Assembly (NCBI GenBank): GCA_950097015.1
Contig: CATNEN010000005.1
Span: 2,232,001 to 2,296,000, forward strand
Source of the DNA: Macrostomum hystrix
Lineage: Eukaryota; Animalia; Platyhelminthes
Direction of reading: 5' to 3'
DNA: 64,000 nt
Of this stretch, positions 24,461 to 35,789 are shown piece by piece (position 1 is the stretch's first letter; every line of letters starts with the position of its first letter). A program made the translations under genes and the position numbers. A model generated the notes under the pieces. The model was not told the DNA's origin. It saw only the letters and a program-made list of their open reading frames with translations, and did no database searches.

Positions 24461-27400
24461 ATGTCTTCTAGGTCAGCAGTTACAGCAGCGAATCCTTCAG
24501 AAACTGATGCATACGAATTCCAACTAGGCGAAGGCGAGGCCCCGTCCGTTGTTGCCCATCGTCAGGCTGGCAGTCCATTGAAGCCTAAGAAGCGTTGGAT
24601 TAGAGAATCGTCCAGCACGGCAGGCTCTGACACTGCAGCAAGTGCTAGTCATCATTCTGTAGCTGGCGCCAATCCTAGCTTACTGCTGTCCTCATCTCTA
24701 ACGTCCATTGAAGAGGCCAACAAGAGGAAGCGAAATAGTTCGTACATAGCCGCCTCGCCATCCGCTTCGTCAGACAATGGCGCCAGCGGCGGAGGCATGA
24801 GCGGCGGCGGCATTCGTTTAAAATTCTCCTCTAAACAGAACGGCAGCTACGCTGTTCAAATGGTTGACGAAGCTGCATTAGATTCAAGAAATGAAGCAAT
24901 CAAGGCTTGTCAATCTAACAATGCGACTACAAATCATAATAAATCAAATCTCAAACACAAACGCAAGCCAAATGCCACTAGTAGTAAGAAGGTAGAATCA
25001 TCGCCGGCAATTGATCACGCTGCCCTAGCCCTAATACCAGTTGGTAGTTGTCGATTAGTTGGCGAAATGTCGTTAGAATCCAGCAGCAAGCAGTCTATGC
25101 TGCGTGTTGGTGACGTTGTTTGGGCCAAACTGACTGGCTGGCCCTGGTGGCCAGGCCGTGTCGCCGGCTTGCAGTGCCAGACTGAGCCAGTTGATTCTGC
25201 AACAGCTGATCAGTGCATCGCCTGCATTCACTGGTTTAATTGGGACCAGGTGTCTTACCTGCCGGCTGATCGTTTGCGTCTATTTGTCGATTATTATGCC
25301 AAATTATTCGACACTAAAAAGAAAGGAGCTTATAAAACTGCGGTTGAGCAGGTGAGTTTTGTTCATTCCGTTTATTGAAGCCAATATATTGGCTTGACCA
25401 ATTGAGTTTTTTAAATAAATACGTAAAAAGTTCGAGCCATATTTTGTATCTCTATGGAGAATTATTTGTACATAGATTGATCAGTTGTACATATGACCCA
25501 ATTGGTCCAGAATGTAAGTTATTGATTATAACTAATATATTTCTAGGCCTATCTAATAGCTCATGCACCACCAGCCGATGACGACTGCTTCGAGGACGTC
25601 GGCAACGAATCCCAGCCGAAGCAGGAGGCTGACCCGAGCTTAGATCGCCCAGCGGCTTCAGAACCTGCTCCCGAAGCCGGCGCCACGGCCTCCGCGCGTC
25701 GACGATACCAGAAGCGCCAACAACGCGACGACAGAGTCGCTAGTCGCAGTCGCAGCCGCGGTGATGTCAAGAAACCCAATCAGGCGCGTCGCGGTGCACC
25801 CAATCCGATTCCAGACAGTGATGAAGAGGAGGAGGAGGAGGACGATAGATTGCATCGTCGGCAGCTGCAGGTGAGCTGACTTGGTCTGTTTGGCCTATTC
25901 ATTGCAGAGTCCTTCCTTTAGGGTTTTAGCCTCGATTCATTACATGATCCTTCAGTAATTGGCCATGATTCATTACATGATCCTTCGGTAATTGGCCTTG
26001 ATTCATTACATGATCCTTCAGTAATTGGCCATGATTCATTACATGATCCTTCAGTAATTGGCCTTGATTCATTACATGATCCTTCGGTAATTGGCCTTGA
26101 TTCATTACATGATCCTTCAGTAATTAGCCTAGATTCATTACATGATCCTTCAGTAATTGGCCTTGATTCATTACATGATCCTTCGGTAATTGGCTATGAT
26201 TCATTACATGATCCTTCAGTAATTGGCCTTGATTCATTACATGATCCTTCAGTTATTAGCCTAGATTCATTACATGATCCTTCAGTAATTGGCCATGATT
26301 CATTACATGATCCTTCGGTAATTGGCTATGATTCATTACATGATCCTTCAGTAATTGGCCTTGATTCATTACATGATCCTTCAGTAATTGGCCTTGATTC
26401 ATTACATGATCCTTCAGTAATTGGCCATAATTCATTACATGATCCTTCAGTAATTGGCCATGATTCATTACATGATCCTTCAGTAATTGGCCATGATTCA
26501 TTACATGATCCTTCGGTAATTGGCTATGATTCATTACATGATCCTTCAGTAATTGGCCTTGATTCATTACATGATCCTTCAGTAATTGGCCTTGATTCAT
26601 TACATGATCCTTCAGTAATTGGCCTTGATTCATTACATGATCCTTCAGTAATTGGCCTTGATTCATTACATGATCCTTCAGTAATTGGCCATGATTCATT
26701 ACATGATCCTTTAGTAATTGGCCATGATTCATTACATGATCCTTCAGTAATTGGCCATGATTCATTACATGATCCTTCAGTTATTAGCCTGGATTCATTA
26801 CATGATCCTTCAGTAATTGGCCATGATTCATTACTTGATCCTTCGGTAATTGGCTATGATTCATTACATGATCCTTCAGTAATTGGCCTTGATTCATTAC
26901 ATGATCCTTCAGTAATTGGCCTTGATTCATTACATGATCCTTCAGTAATTGGCCATGATTCATTACATGATCCTTCAGTAATTGGCCATGATTCATTACA
27001 TGATCCTTCAGTAATTGGCCATGATTCATTACATGATCCTTCAGTAATTGGCCATGATTCATTACATGATCCTTCAGTAATTAGCCATGATTCATTACAT
27101 GATCCTTCAGTAATTGGCCTTGATTCATTACATGATCCTTCAGTAATTGGCCATGATTCATTGCATGATCCTTCAGTTATTAGCCTTGATTCATTACATG
27201 ATCCTTCAGTTATTAGCCTTGATTCATGACATGATCCTTCAGTTATTAGCCTAGATTCATTACATGATCCTTCAGTTATTAGCCATGATTCATTACATGA
27301 TCTTTCAGTAATTAGCCATGATTCATTACATGATCCTTCAGTAATTAGCCTAGATTCATTACATGATCCTTCAGTAATTAGCCTAGATTCATTACATGAT

Positions 27401-29014
27401 CCTTCAGTAATTAGCCATGATTCATTACATGATCCTTCAGTAATTAGCCTAGATTCATTACATGATCCTTCAGTAATTAGCCATGATTCATTACATGATC
27501 CTTCAGTAATTAGCCTAGATTCATTACATGATCCTTCAGTTATTAGCCTTGATTCATTGCATGATCCTTCAGTTATTAGCCTTGATTCATTGCATGATCC
27601 TTCAGTTATTAGCCTAGATTCATTACATGATCCTTCAGTAATTAGCCTGGATTCATTACATGATCCTTCAGTTACAAGCCTTGATTCATTGCATGATCCT
27701 TCAGTTATTAGCCTTGATTCATTACATGATCCTTCAGTTATTAGCCTTGATTCATGACATGATCCTTCAGTTATTAGCCTAGATTCATTACATGATCCTT
27801 CAGTTATTAGCCATGATTCATTACATGATCCTTCAGTAATTAGCCATGATTCATTACATGATCCTTCAGTAATTAGCCTAGATTCATTACATGATCCTTC
27901 AGTAATTAGCCTAGATTCATCACATGATCCTTCAGTAATTAGCCATGATTCATTGCATGATCCTTCAGTTATTAGCCTTGATTCATTGCATGATCCTTCA
28001 GTTATTAGCCTAGATTCATTACATGATCCTTCAGTAATTAGCCTAGATTCATTACATGATCCTTCAGTTATTAGCCTTGATTCATTGCATGATCCTTCAG
28101 TTATTAGCCTTGATTCATTACATGATCCTTCAGTTATTAGCCTTGATTCATGACATGATCCTTCAGTTATTAGCCTAGATTCATTACATGATCCTTCAGT
28201 TATTAGCCATGATTCATTACATGATCCTTCAGTAATTAGCCATGATTCATTACATGATCCTTCAGTAATTAGCCTAGATTCATTACATGATCCTTCAGTA
28301 ATTAGCCATGATTCATTACATGATCCTTCAGTAATTAGCCATGATTCAGTACATGATCCTTCAGTAATTAGCCATGATTCAGTACATGATCCTTCAGTAA
28401 TTAGCCTTGATTCAGTACATGATCCTTCAGTTATTAGCCTTGATTCATTACATGATCCTTCAGTAATTAGCCTAGATTCATTACATGATCCTTCAGTAAT
28501 TAGCCATGATTCATTACATGATCCTTCAGTTATTAGCCTTGGTAATCGGCCTTCGCCTTCGCCTCGCCTTAAGGCAATATTAGCCGTAGCCTTCGCTTTG
28601 TTATCAGCTGCTTCAATTACTTAATGGCATGAAAAATCATGAATCTTTTAGTCCTTTAGGCAGGCTATTATGAGTGAATAATTGACCCCTTAGAAATCGG
28701 AGTAATTTCTCAAGTTGGAGTTCATCTGTCACTCGATTCAGGCACAGTACATATCAGCCGAGGGTGCCGCAGCTGCAGCCGCTGATGCATCCTATTGTTC
28801 ACGGACCTCCACTACTCAAGAGTCCCATTCGGCTGTTCATCAGCACCCTAGCTACCAGCAGCAGCAGCAGCAGCCACACACTGCATTGCCTCAATTGGAT
28901 CAATCGGATCTAGGCCTAGCCGCTGTCGACATACCGACCTTCTCAGATGATGACGACGAGAAGCCTCTCATTATTGACACTGAGGCAGGAAAAATTATCG
29001 AACAGATGTCTTGA
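24461..29014 (+). CDS. PWWP-domain chromatin protein (exons 24461-25351, 25547-25870, 28742-29014)
   Basis: LRVGDVVWAKLTGWPWWPGRV...CIHWFNWDQVSYLPADRLRLFVDYYAKLFDTKKKGAYKTAVEQ|AYLI is a complete PWWP domain. All three exons join in phase 0 with GT-AG sites. The exon 3 frame ends at TGA 29012-29014. Confidence 0.85.
25925..28545. repeat. 33-bp minisatellite, ~79 copies, with higher-order structure
   Basis: Unit GATTCATTACATGATCCTTCAGTAATTGGCCTT; intron 2 of the PWWP gene. Confidence 0.97.
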
Positions 29015-30179
29015 CAATGGCTGCCAAATTGATCCGTTTGCAGGTGAAAATTTTATTTTAGAAAATGATATGTTGAAAGTTATATTTTCTTAAGTGCAAT
29101 GTCTAAGTTGATTCGTTTATTTAGCTAAAATAAACATAATAATAAACATAATAGTTTTCATCATTCAATGTTAGTATCCTGTTACATTTTCAACGTTTCA
29201 CAATTCTGTTTCTAGGCAGCTGCTATTACTCAACATTTATCAATTATAAAAATAAAAAAAATCGACTAATAATTTGCTGATTATGCTACTAACAACACTG
29301 TCTTAGTAGTGTATGTTGAAGATAAAATAAAACTTACAATTATTACTATGTCAGTTTTGTTTTCGTATCCTACTCCTAATTCCATATATTTCAGCGTAAC
29401 TATAACAAATCATTATCCAAATCTAGTTTTCATCTTGCTATAGTTCTCCATTTTTTGCACTCTGTTTGCAGAGTATTAGCTTATGATTGTACTGTATTAT
29501 GCTTTATAAGCCGTACATTTTGTCAACAGTTCTCAAATTTTAACCTACTTAAATTAAAGAGACGGATCTTGTGTCATTTTTTATAAAATTTGCGCTATTT
29601 TCTCGTCATACTACTTAATAATATATTGCTAATCAGTTGTAAATCTGAATGTGATTTTTTATTTATTTTATGGAAAATTAATTTGATGTAAATAAAAACT
29701 AATTAATTTGCTTCAATATACTTTCTGGTGAAGATCAGTATTTTTTTTAATAAATGCACACCTTTCTACTTTGGTTAAGCAGTAGTCAGTTGGCGTATTG
29801 TCGCGATAATTATTTGGTTCAGAAAAAAAGCGAGTGTCCATTTTCAATCGTGGCCTAGAGTTCCCTTTTTGTTGTTGCCAAGCTCTACAGAGTCATCGCT
29901 GCTCTGCTGAAAGTGATTTCAGCAGCTCAGTTCCAGCTACATGTCATTTGATATTGTGTTTATAAAGCACGAGTTAATATAAAACTGTTAATAAATAAAT
30001 TGTTATCAACTTGAAGAGACTGTTGTTAAAGGCATCGCTTTTGCAGTTGTGTCTGCTCGATCTCAAGCTGCTCTGCTTGTACTAAGCTTAAGCAGCCTTT
30101 ACCATGCTCTCTAGTTCTGTTTCATGCTATTAAAATTTGTTCTTCCGTCTTTGTACTTTTTCTTAACATTTTTTCGTTT

Positions 30180-31080
30180 AGGATAACCAGCATCGCAGAT
30201 CCTCAATTTGGGATAACGAGCTTCCCAGATCCTCAATTTGGGATAACGAGCTTCCCAGATCCTCAATTTGGGATAACGAGCTTCCCAGATCCTCAATTTA
30301 GGATAACCAGCTTCCCAGATCCTCAATTTGGGATAACGAGCTTCCCAGATCCTCAATTTAGGATAACCAGCTTCCCAGATCCTGAATTGAGGATAACCTG
30401 CTGCCCAGTTCCTCAATTTAGGATAACCAGCTTCCCAGATCCTCAATTTAGGATAACCAGCTTCCCAGATCCTCAATTTAGGATAACCAGCTTCCCAGAT
30501 CCTCAATTTAGGATAACCAGCTTCCCAGATCCTCAATTTAGGATAAGCAGCTTCCCAGATCCTCAATTTAGGATAACCAGCTTCCCAGATCCTCAATTTA
30601 GGATAACCAGCTTCCCAGATCCTGAATTTAGGATAACCAGCTTCCCAGATCCTAAATTTAGGATAACCAGCTTCACAGATCCTGAATTTAGGATAACCAG
30701 CTTCCCAGATCCTGAATTTAGGATAACCAGCTTCACAGATCCTGAATTGAGGATAACCAGCTTCCCAGATCCTGAATTTAGGATAACCAGCTTCCCAGAT
30801 CCTAAATTTAGGATAACCAGCTTCACAGATCCTGAATTTAGGATAACCAGCTTCCCAGATCCTGAATTTAGGATAACCAGCTTCACAGATCCTGAATTGA
30901 GGATAACCAGCTTCCCAGATCCTGAATTGAGGATAACCTGCTGCCCAGATCCTCAGTTTAGGATAAACAGCTTCTCAGATCCTCTGTTCAAAATAACTAG
31001 CTTGCCAGATCCTAGGTTTACAATGTCATGACCACGCTTCACAGATCCTTAATTAGGGATAAACAGCTTCCCAGATCCTC
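30180..31080. repeat. 30-bp minisatellite
   Basis: Unit GGATAACCAGCTTCCCAGATCCTCAATTTA, directly upstream of the ENT exon. Confidence 0.95.
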
Positions 31081-31127
31081 ATTTTAGAGAGGCCATTATT
31101 CGAGAGTTATTTTCCCCCTTTCTTCAG

Positions 31128-32306
31128 CGGCCAACGCAGTCCAAAATTAAGCACGGTGGAGGCGGGGGCGGCGGTAGCAGGCATCGAAAGGCCGCAGCGG
31201 CGGCAGCTGCAGCAGCGGCTGCGGCGGCGGCGGCCGCGGCGGAATTCGATGTGGCCGCTTCGGCGGCTGCCGCGGTGGATGCGAATTGTCCCTCGGTCCG
31301 TCTGTCGCATCGCCAGTCTCGTCTGTACGCGGACGCCGTGTCGGTGTTTCGCGCGCACGGTCCCCTAACAGAGGCTAATCGAGACTTGTTGCACAAATTG
31401 CGCATTCTGTTAGGCATCTCGGATGCTCGTCACCGCGTCGAATGTCGCAGGGCTATGGCCGATCCGGAGCTAGCGACTATCGCCGCTCTAATTGGCGGAT
31501 CCGTTGCTGCGAATGATGACGAAGATTGCTGGCTAGAAGAGTCCAGTCGTTCAGCGCCTTTATTAACAGTCTTGAACAGTGACAGTCATTCAAAGAATAA
31601 TGCTAAACCGAACTCGGACGCATCCTGTTCCGCTTCGTCTGTTGTAGCAACAACTTCAGCGGAAACTGTAACAACAACAGAAGCAACAATATTGGCAACA
31701 GAAGCTAGCCTGTCTAACGTCGATCAACCGGTTGCTAAGCAAAAGGAGCAGCAACCGATTTCGACTTCATCATCGGAGTCGCCTCCTTTAGTTGGCGAAT
31801 CCGAGTCCGATGCTGCCTTGTCCCTATCCCAGTTGCCACCAGTAGCTTCCACAGCGTCAGCTTTGCCATCACTGTTGGGCTCTCTGAAGCCTTCAGATTA
31901 TGCGTCAACATTCACTTGGGGTTCGACTTCGGTTGAATCGTTCAACTGGCAGGCTGGGGCCTCGGCGGCGTCAGCAACTGCGGCAGCTTCGGGGAATGGC
32001 TACGTTTTGCACACTGCAACTGACGGCCGGCGTAAGCAACAGTTTCGTCAGGTGCCAACGCCGTTGGTTGCTAAAAGCAACAGTGTAGTCGCTATCAGGC
32101 GTCATTTCAGTCTGGTCAAATCCGGCATGGAGACAGTGTTAGAATCTGATTCCGGGGATTCCCTGGAGGCCAATCAGTTTACCTATGCGGCTGCTGACGA
32201 CCCTGCTGAATCATTTCTAGACAACTCGGTGAAACAGAAGGGTCGACAGAGAAAACAACAGATGCAGCAGAATCCACTGCAACCCGGCGGCAAAATTAGA
32301 CGATAG
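31128..32306 (+). CDS. ENT (EMSY N-terminal) domain-containing exon, with no in-frame ATG before the domain
   Basis: After the acceptor TTCTTCAG|31128 the frame reads RPTQSKIKHG7SRHRK-polyA-EFDV...RLYADAVSVFRAHGPLTEANRDLLHKLRILLGISDARHRVECRRAMADPELATIA. This aligns by eye with the EMSY ENT domain (EAYAGVISALRAQGDLTKEKKDLLGELSKVLSISTERHRAEVRRAVNDERLTTIA), including the conserved His. Confidence 0.85.
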   Translation, partial: RPTQSKIKHGGGGGGGSRHRKAAAAAAAAAAAAAAAAAEFDVAASAAAAVDANCPSVRLSHRQSRLYADAVSVFRAHGPLTEANRDLLHKLRILLGISDARHRVECRRAMADPELATIAALIGGSVAANDDEDCWLEESSRSAPLLTVLNSDSHSKNNAKPNSDASCSASSVVATTSAETVTTTEATILATEASLSNVDQPVAKQKEQQPISTSSSESPPLVGESESDAALSLSQLPPVASTASALPSLLGSLKPSDYASTFTWGSTSVESFNWQAGASAASATAAASGNGYVLHTATDGRRKQQFRQVPTPLVAKSNSVVAIRRHFSLVKSGMETVLESDSGDSLEANQFTYAAADDPAESFLDNSVKQKGRQRKQQMQQNPLQPGGKIRR

Positions 32307-32349
32307 AAATTTCTGTTGTCAGCTTCTCCTTTGCAGATACTTATCAGCC

Positions 32350-33175
32350 AACATAATCTTTCAGTGTGTATCGACTGTTTCCGCTCCCAATCCTTCAGTC
32401 TCTATCAACTGTTTCCGCTCCCAATCCTTCAGTATCTATCAACTGTTTCCGGCCCCCCCCAATCCTTCAGTCTCTATGAACTGTTTCCGCCCCCAATCTT
32501 TCAGTCTCTATGAACTGTTTCCGCCCCCAATCCTTCAGTCTCTATGAACTGTTTCCGCCCCCAATCTTTCAGTCTCTATGAACTGTTTCCGCCCCCAATC
32601 CTTCAGTCTCTATGAACTGTTTCCGCCCCCAATCCTTCAGTCTCTATGAACTGTTTCCGCCCCCAATCCTTCAGTATCTATCAACTGTTTCCGCCCCCCC
32701 AATCTTTCAGTATCTATCCACTGTTTCCGCCCCCCAATCCTTCAGTCTCTATCCACTGTTTCCGCCCCCCAATCCTTCCGTCTCTATCCACTGTTTCCGC
32801 CCCCCAATCCTTCCGTCTCTATCAACTGTTTCCGCCCCCAATCCTTCAGTATCTATCAACTGTTTCCGCCCCCAATCCTTCAGTATCTATCAACTGTTTC
32901 CGCCCCCAATCCTTCAGTCTCTATGAACTGTTTCCGCCCCCAATCCTTCAGTATCTATCAACTGTTTCCGCCCCCAATCCTTCAGTCTCTATGAACTGTT
33001 TCCGCCCCCAATCCTTCAGTCTCTATCCACTGTTTCCGCCCCAATCCTTCAGTCTCTATCCACTGTTTCCGCCCCCCAATCCTTCAGTCTCTATCCACTG
33101 TTTCCGCCCCCCAATCCTTCAGTCTCTATCAACTGTTTCCGACCCCCAATCCTTCAGTCTCTATGAACTGTTGTA
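32350..33175. repeat. ~34-bp minisatellite
   Basis: Unit AACTGTTTCCGCCCCCAATCCTTCAGTCTCTATG, just after the ENT exon stop codon. Confidence 0.95.
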
Positions 33176-34084
33176 GCAAATAAGAATTGAGTTGTGAGTT
33201 TTGTAAAACCGTGTGTCTCTAATATTGCCTAAATTATCACACCTTTGCTTAAGCAGTAAAGAATCTACTTTGGCCATTAAAATTGGTGTACATTTTCTGT
33301 ATGTACTACTTGTAAATGTCTGTCTTGTGTATTTTTTCTTGCTTCAGTCTGGGGCAAGCTATAACATTTGTTCTGTCGCTAATTAGCACGATTGTCTATA
33401 TATTATTCAGGTGTATTTGCGGCATGTCGTAAGTTAATTTCTTACATGTGTACTTTGTTTTCTGTGTCGCTTCGACTGACATTTTTATCTGAATGTTCTT
33501 AAGATCCTTCTCTGCTTGTTCTACATTTTAATAGCTTCTCATTTTCTCAATTTATCTATCGTTTCTAAGAAATGTCTACTCTGTAACTTTCCAGGAAATT
33601 ATATTTCAATTTAATGAAATATGCTCGATTTTTAAGTTCCTTTTATTTCGCTATCCGCAATTCATGCTATCATAATCAATTAAATCCTTTTTACTTTCCT
33701 CTTTGTGTTGTTTCCTTACTTACTTTAGAAAAACAATATGATCAAATGATGATATTAGGCTGTAGTTAGTTATTGTCGAGTTCTCAACAGTCCTTATAAT
33801 TCTCTTTTTTTAGATTTTAGCTGTCTGATTAAACTGTTTTTTCATAAGTCTAGGCAATTATATTGTTATTTTGTTCTTTTTGTCGTCACATTGTACTTAA
33901 TAATCATGTCATTTTACTTCATTTTAATAATTTTATAGTATATTATACTAGCCAATTAAATAATGCTGCATTTCAAACTTTAACGTTTGAAAGCTGATTC
34001 TATCAATAATAACATCTAAGCCTTTACGTTTTGTCAACCATTCATTTCTATTTAATCCACTAATATATAACATAATCTGGAAGA

Positions 34085-34305
34085 ATTAGAGTAGAATGAT
34101 AGAGTAAATACTCGTAGTAATGAGAGAGTAGAGAGTGGAATGACAGTAGAGAGTGGAATGAGAGAGTGGAGAGTGGAATGACAGTAGAGAGTGGAATGAG
34201 AGAGTAGAGAGCGGAATGAGAGAGTAGAGAGCGGAATGAGAGAGTAGAGAGCGGAATGAGAGAGTAGATAATGGAATGAGAGAGTAGAGAGCGGAATGAA
34301 AAAGC
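34085..34305. repeat. 20-bp minisatellite
   Basis: Unit GAGAGTAGAGAGCGGAATGA. Confidence 0.9.
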
Positions 34306-34754
34306 TGAATTAGAGGGTAAAGTGCCACATAAACCGGAATATGGGGATAACAAGCGATAGGCAAGGAGCCCAGAAGTAAAGAGCGAAGCAGTCAAGTAGA
34401 GAGCGGAGATAATTTGACAATCGAACTTAAGTTATTAGTAATAATTGCTCTGATAAAGTAGATCGTTTAAAGGAAAATCGTATCTTTAGTTCCATTCATC
34501 ATTCTAGCGGCAGGCATGTTATCACGTTATTATGCCTATTTTTTGCTAAAATTGGCAGCAATTGGCCCAGCCAGAAATGCCTTGGCACGATTTAATAAGA
34601 CCAGTCGTCAAAAACGAACAGATAATGACGAACTCAACATTTTCTGCGGCACGAAAAAAACAATGACAACGGCCTGGGGCATTGTGATTTTTTCTACCTT
34701 CTTGGCGTAGTCTTGCTTTTCGCTTCTTATCTATGCTATCAGGTTGACTATTCA

Positions 34755-34957
34755 AACATCGAAGAGATCCTGCCTGACTGTGCGCCGAATCGCGGCGATG
34801 CCAAACTGGAGCTGTCAGATGAGGCCAGCCTCGAACTGCATCTGAGTCGAATCTGGTTGTCTGACGGCCTTCCAGCTGAGCACTTTGAGCCATTGTGGAC
34901 TCGGATTAGCGGCAATGCGCTGCCCGTGGTGGCTTAGTCGCGAGACACTGCAGAAAC
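34755..34957 (+). pseudogene. Truncated duplicate of the 3' end of the LAP1-like gene with an internal deletion
   Basis: Near-identical to 36683-36718 joined directly to 36817-36980 (about 98 nt missing). The codon GAG in GTGGCGGAG is replaced by TAG (GTGGCTTAG). Confidence 0.85.
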
Positions 34958-35789
34958 AGTTGCTCCAGTAATAATTAGGATCTTCTGGAGCAAGCATTTA
35001 TAACGACTCAAAAGCCTCTATTTGTCTCAAAATCTTTCGCGATACTGGTGCAGCTCAGTGACCATCAAAAGTTAGGAAAGCTGTGATTGTAACTTTTACA
35101 ATTACGAGAAATTACATTTCGCTCGAATTTCTTCTGACAAGAGAAGACTGGTGGATTGAATAGGATGAGCCATAGACAAAAATCTCAACAGATTATTCGC
35201 GACAATGGCCACCATTTTCCTGTATAAAAGCACCGAGTTTTTTAGCTAGCATTTGTATTAATACATATTATATTATGTATTTGCTCATGTTGTATTTTGA
35301 GACATTTGCTTGTCTTTACTCAGCAGCGTGCCAATTTTATAATTGTAATTTTTGTATATCACACGTGTTATATAATTACTCGGTTTTGATAGCTAAACTT
35401 ATAATAAAACATTTTCTTGCGTTTTTCTTTCCTATCCATTTCTTACCGATTTTTCTAGTTAATAAATAATTAGCATAAACTAATAGAGTATGCTACTCAT
35501 AGTATGGAAATCATGAATGATAAGAACTTTGCGTTAGTCACTGTAGTCAAACTGATTAGTAATAAAAGTGTGATGACTTGTAGGGGCCAACGAAATTAGA
35601 TTTATTGCGTAATCGCCGTTTAAACTAGTTCCATTATCATAATATTATCTCGTATGCCAACTTTTTTTTCATTTACCGACGCCGACAAAGAATTCAGACT
35701 CTTCCCCCGAGACCGAGTCGCCATCGGCGGCCGCGGCGGCAACATCAAAGGCCAATAGATCAAAGCGGTCGCCGGCATCGGCCCCGAGA

